Assembly (NCBI GenBank): GCA_031364845.1 | Contig: JANLWX010000197.1 | Span: 1-19,727 of the forward strand | DNA: 19,727 bases | Reading direction: 5' to 3' | DNA from: Candidatus Eiseniibacteriota bacterium | Lineage (GTDB): Bacteria > Eisenbacteria > RBG-16-71-46 | Shown here: positions 1-8,780 of the stretch, one piece after another | How positions within the stretch are numbered: the first letter of the stretch is position 1 | How the letters are laid out: the number at the start of each line of letters is the position of its first letter | Made by a program: the position numbers and the translations under genes | Notes under the pieces: generated by a model | What the model saw: only the letters and a program-made list of their open reading frames with translations | What the model was told of the DNA's origin: nothing | Database searches by the model: none

Positions 1-2
1 TT

Positions 3-1076
3 CACTTGAGCGGGGCGGCCATGCTGGCCTCCTACCTGACGGCGGAAAACGTGGACGAACTGCTGGCGGCCGCCGCGCGCAAGACGAACGACGAAATCGC
101 AGCACTGCTCGCGCAGCGTTTTCCGAAGAGAGATGCTCCGACGCGCATCGCGCCGGTCTCGACGCCGGCCGAGCTGCTTCCGGACTCCGCTCCCCACGGC
201 GCATCGACCCACGAGGTGGCCGTACGGCCAGTTGAAGGGTCGCGTCCCCGAGTCACGCCACTCGCACCCGAGCGCTTTCGTGTCCAGTTCACGATGCGCC
301 AGGAGATGTTGACCAAACTTCGCTACGCGCAATCTTTGCTCGGCCATCAGGTCTCTTCCGGCGACCTGCCGGAGGTGCTCGAGCGGGCGCTTGATGCGCT
401 CATCAACAAGCTCGAAAAGACGAAGTTCGCGGCCACCGACCGGCCTCGCCCCGCACGACCGCGCTCTTCCTCGAACCCGCGCTACATTCCCGCGCATGTG
501 AAGCGTGCCGTCACCGAACGCGACGGCGGACAGTGCACGTTCGTGAGCGACACCGGCGCCCGCTGTCCTGAGCGCTCGTCCCTCGAATTCGATCACATCG
601 TCGAAGTTGCGCGCGGCGGCGAAGCCACGATCGACAACCTGCGGCTACGGTGTCGCGCGCACAACCAGTACGAGGCCGAGCAGACGTTCGGCGCGGGGTT
701 CATGGCGCGCAAGCGCGAGGAAGCGCGGCGCGCGGCCGCTGAGCGAAAGCTGGCAACAGCGCAGGCAAATGACGTGCGACCCCTCCCCGCAGTGCAGGCC
801 GTGCAGGCGCCAGCGCCAGAGGGCTGCAGGGTGCCAAATCCTCCGGCACAATCTCCACGCGAATCCACGTCCGAACAGAAGGATGTCGATCAGGATCTGC
901 TGCACTGCCTCAAAGGACTGGGGGTCCGTGCGGATCAGGCGCGCCAAGCCGTGGAGCACTGTCGTGGCACCGCCGAGGCATCGATCGAGGAGCGCCTGCA
1001 CGCAGCCCTGAGGTTCATCGGTCAGCGGGGACGTACGCACTCATTGCAACTGTCGGCAATGAAACGCGCGGGATAG
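3..1076 (+). CDS. HNH endonuclease domain protein, 5'-truncated at the window edge, with a probable RuvA-C-like C-terminal helical domain
   Basis: The frame is open from position 3 (HLSGAAMLASYLTAENVDELL), so the true start is probably upstream of the window. It has the HNH motif 'RYIPAHVKRAVTERDGGQCTF...RCPERSSLEFDHIVEVARGGEATIDNLRLRCRAHN'. The C-terminus 'DLLHCLKGLGVRADQARQAV...SIEERLHAALR' follows. Stop TAG at 1074-1076. Confidence 0.85.
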   Translation, partial: HLSGAAMLASYLTAENVDELLAAAARKTNDEIAALLAQRFPKRDAPTRIAPVSTPAELLPDSAPHGASTHEVAVRPVEGSRPRVTPLAPERFRVQFTMRQEMLTKLRYAQSLLGHQVSSGDLPEVLERALDALINKLEKTKFAATDRPRPARPRSSSNPRYIPAHVKRAVTERDGGQCTFVSDTGARCPERSSLEFDHIVEVARGGEATIDNLRLRCRAHNQYEAEQTFGAGFMARKREEARRAAAERKLATAQANDVRPLPAVQAVQAPAPEGCRVPNPPAQSPRESTSEQKDVDQDLLHCLKGLGVRADQARQAVEHCRGTAEASIEERLHAALRFIGQRGRTHSLQLSAMKRAG

Positions 1077-1094
1077 TGCTCGCGCGTAGAGCCG

Positions 1095-2717
1095 CTATTG
1101 AATCTTCACGACACGCTTCGACCGGACGCCCGACTCTGAGTGCACTTCGATGAAGTAGACGCCAGGACGGGCGGGAGATCCGCCTTCGTCGTCGCCGCGC
1201 CATCGAATCGTATTCGGACCCGCATGTTGGATATCAGGGTGCTTCAACGTCGCGACGCGCCGCCCCATGACGTCGCGAACGGCGACGCTGAGGCGCTCGG
1301 CTCGTGGGAGATCGATGACGAACTCGAGCCTCGATTCGAACGGATTGGGCCAGGGAGTGGACATGCGGATCGAGGGACGCCCTGTCTCGGTCAGGCGGGG
1401 GCCGTACACGGCATCGCCACGGATGTGTTGGAGGCCACCCACAAAGTTGTACGTGAATGACCATCCGACCAGTGCACCACCAGTTCCGTCGGGAATTACG
1501 ATTAGATCGAACGCAACTGTTGGCGAGGCAATCGACATCCCACCGGCCGACCATCCGGTCACCAGAGTGCCATCAGCCGCCAGCCGAACGGCGAACGGCT
1601 CGATGCTTCCACCTCCGTCGCCATTCCCATAGTGCCGCCAATCCTGCCACGCGATGAGAACTCCGCCCGCACCGTCAGGAACGCAAACGGCTTCGTCTTG
1701 ATTGCCTTCGCCGCGACTCACCAGATTGCCGCATCGCGCCCACCCGGGGGCGACGCTGCCGTCGCCATTCAGGTGCAGTGCATGCACGTCGTTGTAGTCG
1801 AGATTCTGAGCCCAAGCGAGGAAAATCCCGCCGGAGGAGTCGGAGCAAAGAGACACCTCGGGAAGGTCAACGCGGCCGGCACAAGAGATCCTTAGACCGG
1901 AATCCGGCCAGCCCGCAACAGTCTCGCCGCCGATCGCGAGATGCGTGACCTGCACGGCGGGTTCGGGAGTAACCCACGCGATGAAAGTGCCTCCCGTCCC
2001 ATCGGGATGAGTTCGAATTCCTGACAGCTGGTCGGACGACGCATCCCACGACCACAATCGCGACCCTGTTGAGTCGAACCGCTGTGCGAGCACCCTGTGG
2101 ATGTCCGTGCCCCAAGTTGAGAACCCGACAACTACTCCACCAGAGCCGTCCCTCTCGAAGGACCACGCGTCGAAACCGTGGCCATCTACGACCAAATCCT
2201 CACTCGGCCAGTCCACCGGGCGAAGCCCCTCACTATTGATGCGCATGAGTCGCAAGACAGACTCGTCGTAGTTGTAGTACGTGCCTACGTATACGTCGCC
2301 GCCCTGTCCCGCGACGATGCCCAGGAGGTGTTCATTGCCTGCCTGCATCGCAGACACAGGCATCGTCCAGATCTGCTCCCCCAGGTCTGAATACCGTGAC
2401 AGGTTGACGCGGCCGTTTGACTCCACGTCGGCCCGCCACGCCAGAAAGAAGCCGCCAGAGCCGTCCGAATCGATTGCCCACTGTGGAGACGTTGGGACCC
2501 GCAATATTTCGACGTGGCTGCCATCTTCCGCGAAGCGTTCGACTATGACCTCACTGAAGTCCGAAGTCGCAACAAATGCCCCGCCGCTGCCATCAGGCAG
2601 TACCGCTCGGACGCCTCCAACGAACTTGTGGCCCGCCTGTGGCCAAGCCCCCCACGCCAATGGGGCATGCAGGAGCAGGGCAAGGGCCCCGGCGACAACG
2701 CATCGCAAGAAGAGCAT
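1095..2717 (-). CDS. Secreted repeat (probable beta-propeller) protein with a C-terminal FlgD Ig-like / T9SS-type sorting domain
   Basis: Signal peptide 'MLFLRCVVAGALALLLHAPLAWG-AW'. About 8 repeats of (P/S)DG(S/T/A)GG-hydrophobic-AW. C-terminus 'PWPNPFESRLEFVIDLPRAERLSVAVRDVMGRRVATL...IRWRGDDEGGSPARPGVYFIEV...SKRVVKIQ'. ATG at 2717 is preferred over TTG at 2723. Confidence 0.8.
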   Translation of the reverse strand: MLFLRCVVAGALALLLHAPLAWGAWPQAGHKFVGGVRAVLPDGSGGAFVATSDFSEVIVERFAEDGSHVEILRVPTSPQWAIDSDGSGGFFLAWRADVESNGRVNLSRYSDLGEQIWTMPVSAMQAGNEHLLGIVAGQGGDVYVGTYYNYDESVLRLMRINSEGLRPVDWPSEDLVVDGHGFDAWSFERDGSGGVVVGFSTWGTDIHRVLAQRFDSTGSRLWSWDASSDQLSGIRTHPDGTGGTFIAWVTPEPAVQVTHLAIGGETVAGWPDSGLRISCAGRVDLPEVSLCSDSSGGIFLAWAQNLDYNDVHALHLNGDGSVAPGWARCGNLVSRGEGNQDEAVCVPDGAGGVLIAWQDWRHYGNGDGGGSIEPFAVRLAADGTLVTGWSAGGMSIASPTVAFDLIVIPDGTGGALVGWSFTYNFVGGLQHIRGDAVYGPRLTETGRPSIRMSTPWPNPFESRLEFVIDLPRAERLSVAVRDVMGRRVATLKHPDIQHAGPNTIRWRGDDEGGSPARPGVYFIEVHSESGVRSKRVVKIQ

Positions 2718-2850
2718 CGCCAAACACTAGGCGTTCCGCGAGCCATTGGCCATGAGCCGCGCGAACCGGGGTTCATGGTCGTCCGTGCTCCAAGGAACGC
2801 CTGACCGCCACTTCGCGCAACGCCCCCCCGTGCCCTATCTTCCGCGATCT

Positions 2851-3699
2851 ATGCGCCAAACCCAGGGCTCCATGATCTGTCCGCACTGCGGCAAGCTCAT
2901 CAGTGTCACCGAGCCCGAGTGCCCGTTCTGTGGCGCGAAGAATCCCGGGCTCTACGGCTACGCGCCGGTGATCCAGCGTTTCATCGGGCGGCATCTCGAC
3001 TTCGTGACGCTGATCGTCGTCGCGTGCGTCGTGCTCTACATCGCGTCGCTCGCCCTGCAGCCGGAGGCGATCCTCGCTCCGGGTGGCGGCGGGCCGCTCG
3101 GCATGCTGTTCAATCTGCTGTCGCCGGGGACTCGCGCGCTCTACCAGCTCGGCATGACGGGTGGTGCGGCGTGGAGCCAGGGCTGGTGGTGGACGCTCTT
3201 CACGGCGGTGTACCTGCACGGGAGCCTGCTGCACATCTTCTTCAACGTGATGTGGATCCGAAATCTCGGGCCTACGGTCGACGAGGTCTATGGCCCGGCG
3301 CGCGGGTTCGTGATCTTCAGCGTGTCCGGTGCCGCGGGGTTTCTGGTTTCCAACCTGGCGACGGCGACGCCGACGATCGGCGCGTCCGGCAGCATCTTCG
3401 GGTTGCTCGCGGCGTTGATCGTCTATGGCCGCCGCACCGGCTCCTCGATGCTGACGCAGCAGCTGTGGCAGTACGCGATCATGATGTTCGTGATGGGCTT
3501 CGTGATGAGTTCGGTCAACAACTGGGCGCATGCGGGCGGGTTTGCGGGCGGATGGGTCGCGGGCGAGGCGATGCGGTTCGGACACGAGAAGCGCGAGAGC
3601 CTGGCGGTCCAGTTGGTGGCGCTCGGCCTGCTGGGCCTCACGGTGGTGGGATTCGTGCTGTCGTTCGTGCGCGTGACGATGATTCTGATGAAGGGCTGA
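2851..3699 (+). CDS. Rhomboid family intramembrane serine protease with an N-terminal zinc ribbon
   Basis: N-terminal CPHC...CPFC. Rhomboid motifs 'WWTLFTAVYLHGSLLHIFFN', catalytic 'IGASGSIFG' and 'NWAHAGGFAGG'. Several hydrophobic TM segments. Start placed at ATG 2851 (ATG 2872 is an alternative); the extension to 2746 in the ORF track does not look like coding sequence. Confidence 0.92.
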   Translation: MRQTQGSMICPHCGKLISVTEPECPFCGAKNPGLYGYAPVIQRFIGRHLDFVTLIVVACVVLYIASLALQPEAILAPGGGGPLGMLFNLLSPGTRALYQLGMTGGAAWSQGWWWTLFTAVYLHGSLLHIFFNVMWIRNLGPTVDEVYGPARGFVIFSVSGAAGFLVSNLATATPTIGASGSIFGLLAALIVYGRRTGSSMLTQQLWQYAIMMFVMGFVMSSVNNWAHAGGFAGGWVAGEAMRFGHEKRESLAVQLVALGLLGLTVVGFVLSFVRVTMILMKG

Positions 3700-3801
3700 C
3701 GCCGCTATTCGCCGGTTGGGGCTTCAATTGGTTCAGAACACCCAACTCGCTGCCGAAAACCTCAGGGGCACGGCACGCAGGCTCGAGTTCGAAGGGGCGG
3801 G

Positions 3802-6462
3802 ATGTCCGGATCATTCCTCGAAAATCATCTGGCGCATTCGCGCGATGAATTCACGGTGCTTCCCCCGGAGCAGCGCGGGCCGGTCGTGCGCACCGCGATC
3901 ACGGACCTCCACTACTTTTTCGACGAGGGCCGGGAGTTCGCCGAGCGCGAAGCGCCGGCTCGCAGCCGCGCGTTCGCGGCCGAGCTGTATCGCGCGATGG
4001 AGTCCGTGGGCAGCCCGGATGCGGTGACGCGCACGCTGCGCGAGCGCATCGTCACCGATGCGCTGCTGCGTACCGAAGCCGACCGCGATCAGAACGTCTA
4101 TCTGGGTCCGTTCTTCACCCGCTCGCTCACGCGCGCGGTTCCCGACGTCATCTTCCAACCGGCGACGAGCGCCGAGGTCGCGCGCGCGCTGCGCTGGGCG
4201 CGCGAACGCGGAGTGCCGGTCACGTTGCGCGGCGCGGCATCGACCGCGATGGGTGGCGCGGTGCCGAACGACGCAGGCCTGGCGCTCGATCTGTCGCGGC
4301 TCGATTCGATCGAGGTCGACGCCGCGGCCGGCGTGTGTGTCGTCGGCGCGGGCGCGCGCATGCGCACGATCCACACCGCACTCGCCGCGCGCGGGCTCGC
4401 ACTACTCGCGTATCCGTCCAATCTCGGCGGCACGTTTGCGGGTTGGTTCGCGACCGGCGGAATCGGCATGAATGCGTACGGCGCGGGGCGCGCGCTCGAC
4501 ATGGTGCGCGCGGCCGAGGTGTTGCTGCCTTCGGGCGAGCACGTGCGATTCCACGACGATGGCCGCGTCGATCTGCCCGAGAACCAGGCGCATCGCACGC
4601 TCACCGCCGCCGAGGCGGCGAGCTGGTTCCATTCACGCGGCTACCAGGCGTTCGGCCTCGCGGATCTCGCGGGCAGCGAAGGCACGCTCGGTGCCTTGCT
4701 GCAGTTGACGCTGCGCGTCGAGCCGCGGCCCGAGGTCGGGGCGTTCCTCCTGTCGTTCGCGCGCGAATCGGACGCAGCGGACGCGGTGTTGTGGCTCGGG
4801 CGCCTCGAGTTGTCTGCCAAGCCGGCGAACGTGAAGCTGCTTTCGGGATCGCATATGCACCACACGCGCCGCGTGTGGGAAGACGAGGACGCGCGCGAGT
4901 GGCACGATCATCCGGGTGCCCTCACCGACGGCTCGCAGCTTCCGTGGCGGCGCATCGCCGGTCCGCGCGAGCTGGGTGCGGCGTGCGCCGAAGATGTGCA
5001 CGATGCGGCGGCGTACCTGTTCGTCGACTTCTTCGATCTCGGGGCTGCGCGATCCTTTGCGCGCGCCGCGATCACGTGTCCCGGCGCTCCGCGCGTGCTC
5101 GATGCCGAGAGCGCGCGATTCGCGGCCGAACGCTTCAAGCCACAGCAGACCAAGCGGCTCGGACCGGGCATGCTGGCGGCCGAAATCCTGTTGCCGGCGG
5201 GCGAGGTGAAGCGCTTCCTTCCGCGCGCCGCGGCACTCGCGCGCAACGCGGGCAATGCGCTGGATGCGGAAGTCTACTTCCTCGCGGACGGCTCGGCGCT
5301 CGTGATCGCGGGTTATCTCACCGATCATCGCACCGGCGCGTTCGCGGTCGATCTGATGATCGCCCCGGCGCTGCTCGATCTCGCGATGCACGATCATCAG
5401 GGCCGGCCCTATGTGCTCGGGCGCTGGCAGTCGGCGTGGTTCGTGAACAAGTTCGGGCCCGCGGCGGCCGAGCGCCTGCGCGAGATCCGGCGCGGGCTCG
5501 ACTCGAACGCGATCGTGAACCGCGGCGTGTTCACCGGCCTCGAATTGCGCGGTGTGCTCGGCTCGATCGTTGCCGCGACGTTCGCGCCCGGCGTCACGCT
5601 GATCCGCACGATCTATCAGGTGCAAGCACTCGCATGGATGGCGCGCGCGGCGCGCGGGTTCCTGCGCGGAATGTCGGGCCCCGCGCACGGACGCGGCGCG
5701 CCGCTTCCGCACGCGACGGCGAAGGCAGGGGCGGTGGAACTCGCTCCCGAAGACCGCGCGCTGCACTGCGTGAATTGCGGCGAGTGCAATTCAGTGTGCC
5801 CGGTGTTCCACGAATCGAAGATCCGTTTGCCGCAGATGCTCGTCCACATCGGCGAGTCGATGCGCGGCAAGGAGCCGATCACTCCTGCCGGCGGCACGCT
5901 GCTCGACCTGTGCATGCGCTGCGGCAACTGCGAGCAGGTGTGCCAGGCCGGCATCACCCATCTGCCGCTCTACGAGAGCATGCAGCGCACGGCTGACGCG
6001 GCGCGCCCGCGCGATGAGGACCGCCACGCGGCGATCGTGGCCTCGGTGCGCGGATCGAACCGCTATCTGCGCGAGTTTCTGCACGTGCGCCCGGGCGGCT
6101 ACCATAAGCGCACGCCGGTCGCACTGCCCGGCGTCGCGCGTTTCATCGTGTTGCGCGCGGAGAACGATGCGGGTCCGGCGAGCACGTGCATTCATTGTGG
6201 CGCGTGCGTGGCCGTATGCCCGACGCACGCCAACCGCGAATTCGAAGGACTGGACGCGCGCTTGATCACCACGCTGCAAGAGCGCTGCATCGGCTGCGGC
6301 TCGTGTGTCGAGGTGTGTCCGAACAACCATTTGAACGGCGGCCAGACGTTGCGTGTCATGGAAGCGCCGACGCCCGACTGGTTCGCCGCAATCCGCGATT
6401 TCGAGAAGACCCAACGAGGCTCACCACCGGCAGAAGATCCGACTCACACCATTCGAACTTGA
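3802..6462 (+). CDS. FAD-binding oxidoreductase (FAD_binding_4 / GlcD-like) fused to two 2x[4Fe-4S] ferredoxin-type domains
   Basis: FAD domain motifs 'PDVIFQPATSAEVARALRWARERGVPVTLRGAASTAMGGAVP', 'GTFAGWFATGG', 'GSEGTLG' and 'IRRGLDSNAIVNRG'. Fe-S motifs CVNCGECNSVCP (5767), CMRCGNCEQVC (5911), CIHCGACVAVCP (6187) and CIGCGSCVEVCP (6286). Purine-rich AAGGGG lies upstream of the ATG. Confidence 0.88.
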   Translation: MSGSFLENHLAHSRDEFTVLPPEQRGPVVRTAITDLHYFFDEGREFAEREAPARSRAFAAELYRAMESVGSPDAVTRTLRERIVTDALLRTEADRDQNVYLGPFFTRSLTRAVPDVIFQPATSAEVARALRWARERGVPVTLRGAASTAMGGAVPNDAGLALDLSRLDSIEVDAAAGVCVVGAGARMRTIHTALAARGLALLAYPSNLGGTFAGWFATGGIGMNAYGAGRALDMVRAAEVLLPSGEHVRFHDDGRVDLPENQAHRTLTAAEAASWFHSRGYQAFGLADLAGSEGTLGALLQLTLRVEPRPEVGAFLLSFARESDAADAVLWLGRLELSAKPANVKLLSGSHMHHTRRVWEDEDAREWHDHPGALTDGSQLPWRRIAGPRELGAACAEDVHDAAAYLFVDFFDLGAARSFARAAITCPGAPRVLDAESARFAAERFKPQQTKRLGPGMLAAEILLPAGEVKRFLPRAAALARNAGNALDAEVYFLADGSALVIAGYLTDHRTGAFAVDLMIAPALLDLAMHDHQGRPYVLGRWQSAWFVNKFGPAAAERLREIRRGLDSNAIVNRGVFTGLELRGVLGSIVAATFAPGVTLIRTIYQVQALAWMARAARGFLRGMSGPAHGRGAPLPHATAKAGAVELAPEDRALHCVNCGECNSVCPVFHESKIRLPQMLVHIGESMRGKEPITPAGGTLLDLCMRCGNCEQVCQAGITHLPLYESMQRTADAARPRDEDRHAAIVASVRGSNRYLREFLHVRPGGYHKRTPVALPGVARFIVLRAENDAGPASTCIHCGACVAVCPTHANREFEGLDARLITTLQERCIGCGSCVEVCPNNHLNGGQTLRVMEAPTPDWFAAIRDFEKTQRGSPPAEDPTHTIRT

Positions 6463-6509
6463 AGCACTCACCGGGCTTCGCGCGGGTACGCTCGCTCGAG
6501 GTCCACAGT

Positions 6510-6549
6510 ACCACGCGATCCCACGGGGCCGGCAACGGCTCCGCGTGGT
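6510..6549 (+). promoter_or_regulatory. Predicted RNA secondary structure in the leader of the glutamine synthetase gene
   Basis: ACCACGCG (6510-6517) is the exact reverse complement of CGCGTGGT (6542-6549). This stem encloses a GGGCCG-GCAA-CGGCTC hairpin (6526-6541, GNRA loop, one G-U pair). It ends 5 nt before the SD GAGGAG (6555-6560). Confidence 0.4.
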
Positions 6550-6568
6550 CGAGAGAGGAGAACATCCC

Positions 6569-8770
6569 GTGACGCCATCCACTCCGCGTTCGGAGCGTCT
6601 CGCCGTCCATCAGCGCCAGCCTCGTTCCTTCGACGCCCCGCGTCTGCCCGACGGACACCGCCAGCCGGTCAGCGCCTACTACGGCCGGCACGTCCTCGAT
6701 CTCATCAAGTTGAAAGAGCGCCTGCCGCGCGAGACGTATCAGGCGCTGCTCGCCACTCTGCGCCACGCAGCACCGCTCACGCGCGAGTCTGCCGAATCGA
6801 TCGCGTCGGTCGCCCGCGAATGGGCGACGTCGCACGGCGCCACCCACTTCACGCACTGGTTTCAGCCGATGACGGGCTTGACCGCCGAGAAGCACGACAG
6901 CTTCATCGACCTCAACGTCACGATGTCGGGCGAAGCCAAGGTGCTCGAGCGCTTCTCGGGCGCGCAGCTCATGCAGAGCGAGCCCGACGCGAGCTCGTTC
7001 CCATCGGGCGGCATGCGCAGCACGTTCGAGGCGCGCGGCTACACGGCGTGGGATCCCAGCTCGCCGATGTTCCTCGTCGAAAGCGTGAACGGCCGCACGC
7101 TGTGCGTGCCTTCGGTGTTCGTGAGCTATCACGGTGAGAGCCTCGATCACAAGACTCCGTTGCTGCGCTCGCTCGAGGCGCTCAACCGCCACGCGGTGCC
7201 GTTCTTGAAACTGATCGGCGACGTCGACGTGCATGCGGTCGGCGCCACGCTCGGCTGCGAGCAGGAGTACTTCCTCGTCGATCGCGACCATCACGCACTG
7301 CGTCCGGATCTGGTGCTGTGCGACCGCACGTTGCTGGGCGCGGCTTCCGCGCGCGGGCAGCAGTTCGAGGACCACTACTTCGGCTCGATTCCGCCGCGCG
7401 TGCTGGCGTTCATGGAAGAGCTGGAGTTCGAGCTGCACCGCCTCGGTATCCCGGTGAAGACACGTCACAACGAAGTGGCGCCGATGCAGTTCGAGATGGC
7501 GCCGATCTTCGAGGACGCCAATCTCGCGAACGACCACAACGCGCTGTCGATGGACATCGCGCGCAAGGTGGCGTTGCGCCACGACTTCGTGTGTGTGTTC
7601 CACGAGAAGCCGTTCGCGCGGCTGAACGGCAGCGGCAAGCACTGCAACTGGAGTCTCGTCACCGATCGCGGCGAGAATCTGCTGGATCCGGGCCGCACAC
7701 CGCACCAGAACCTCCGGTTCCTCGCGTTCATGGCCGTGTGCCTGAAGGCGGTGCACGATCACTCGGACGCGATCCGCTTCTCGGTGGCGGCGGCGAGCAA
7801 CGATCTGCGCCTGGGTGCCAACGAAGCGCCGCCCGCGATCATCAGCGTGTTCGTCGGCGATCTGCTGACGCGCATCATCGACCGCATCGCCGCGGGCGTG
7901 ACGGGCGAGGATCCGGAGCACTTCGTGATGGAGATCGGCGTCGGCCGTCTGCCGCAGCTGGCGCGCGACAACACCGACCGCAACCGCACATCGCCGTTCG
8001 CCTTCACCGGGAATAAGTTCGAGTTCCGCGCGGTCGGAAGCTCCGCGAACTGCGCCGGACCCATGACGATGCTGCTCGCCGCGGTCGCCGATGCGCTCAA
8101 GGTGATGACGCCGCGGCTCGAGGCGAAGATCAAAGCCGGAACCGCGCGCGACCAGGCGGTGCTCGATCTGCTGCGCGAGGTGTTCACCGAGACGGCCGCG
8201 GTGCGCTTCGAAGGCAACGGCTACAGCGACGAGTGGAAGCGCGAAGCCCAGCGCCGCGGGCTGCCCGATCTCAAGGACACGCCGTCCTCGATCGCGTCAC
8301 TCGCCAAGCCCGAACGCACGGCGTTCCTGCGCGAGCTGGGCATTTTCTCGGATCGCGAGCTGGCGAGCCGGTTCAGTGTGGCGCTCGAACGTTATCTCAA
8401 GACCGTGACGCTCGAAGCCGAAACGCTGGTGGAGATGCTGTCGACGCATGTGATCCCGGCGGGTGAGAAGCAGCTCACCGCGTCGTCGCTCGCGTTGCGC
8501 GGCGCTCCTGACGGTGTCGCGGGGCTCGATCGCCGCGTGAAGGCGGTGGCGGCAGCGCTCACCGAGGCGGTCGCGGGATGTGACCGGCTCAAGGAGTTGC
8601 TCGACGGCTCGGCGAACATGCACGACGAGGCGAAGCTCGCGACCCATCTCGCGGACGTGATGCGGCCCGCGATGGACGCCGCGCGCGACGCCGCGGACCG
8701 GCTCGAGCATCTCGTGGATCACGAGCTGTGGAGCCTGCCCAAGTATCGCGAGATGTTGTTCGTTCGCTGA
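6569..8770 (+). CDS. glnA: Glutamine synthetase type III (GlnN/GSIII), about 733 aa
   Basis: GSIII motifs: THFTHWFQPMTGLTAEKHDSF, EPDASSFPSGGMRSTFEARGYTAWD, GCEQEYFLVD, KTRHNEVAP, HEKPFARLNGSGKHCNWS, RLGANEAPPAIIS, DRNRTSPFAFTGNKFEFRAVGS, WSLPKYREMLF. GTG at 6569 is preceded by SD GAGGAG (6555-6560). Confidence 0.96.
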   Translation: MTPSTPRSERLAVHQRQPRSFDAPRLPDGHRQPVSAYYGRHVLDLIKLKERLPRETYQALLATLRHAAPLTRESAESIASVAREWATSHGATHFTHWFQPMTGLTAEKHDSFIDLNVTMSGEAKVLERFSGAQLMQSEPDASSFPSGGMRSTFEARGYTAWDPSSPMFLVESVNGRTLCVPSVFVSYHGESLDHKTPLLRSLEALNRHAVPFLKLIGDVDVHAVGATLGCEQEYFLVDRDHHALRPDLVLCDRTLLGAASARGQQFEDHYFGSIPPRVLAFMEELEFELHRLGIPVKTRHNEVAPMQFEMAPIFEDANLANDHNALSMDIARKVALRHDFVCVFHEKPFARLNGSGKHCNWSLVTDRGENLLDPGRTPHQNLRFLAFMAVCLKAVHDHSDAIRFSVAAASNDLRLGANEAPPAIISVFVGDLLTRIIDRIAAGVTGEDPEHFVMEIGVGRLPQLARDNTDRNRTSPFAFTGNKFEFRAVGSSANCAGPMTMLLAAVADALKVMTPRLEAKIKAGTARDQAVLDLLREVFTETAAVRFEGNGYSDEWKREAQRRGLPDLKDTPSSIASLAKPERTAFLRELGIFSDRELASRFSVALERYLKTVTLEAETLVEMLSTHVIPAGEKQLTASSLALRGAPDGVAGLDRRVKAVAAALTEAVAGCDRLKELLDGSANMHDEAKLATHLADVMRPAMDAARDAADRLEHLVDHELWSLPKYREMLFVR

Positions 8771-8780
8771 GAGGAGCACC

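Noticed and set aside
3748..3775. Glycine riboswitch-like words (GCCGAA, CTCAGG)
   Set aside because: The segment is too short, lacks the GGAGA and GAAGG core elements, and the gene context does not fit.
3764..3786. Sigma-54 promoter (GGCACGGCACGC) upstream of the nitrogen cluster
   Set aside because: The GGCAC matches have no TTGC at the required GG-N10-GC spacing. The only correctly spaced GG/GC pair lacks the rest of the consensus.
6353..6568. N-terminal extensions from the ORF track (GSIII from 6353; also rhomboid from 2746, hydrolase from 15263, DUF72 from 16087)
   Set aside because: They overlap upstream genes or intergenic DNA. Better-supported starts, based on SD, ATGA overlap or family-typical N-termini, lie downstream.
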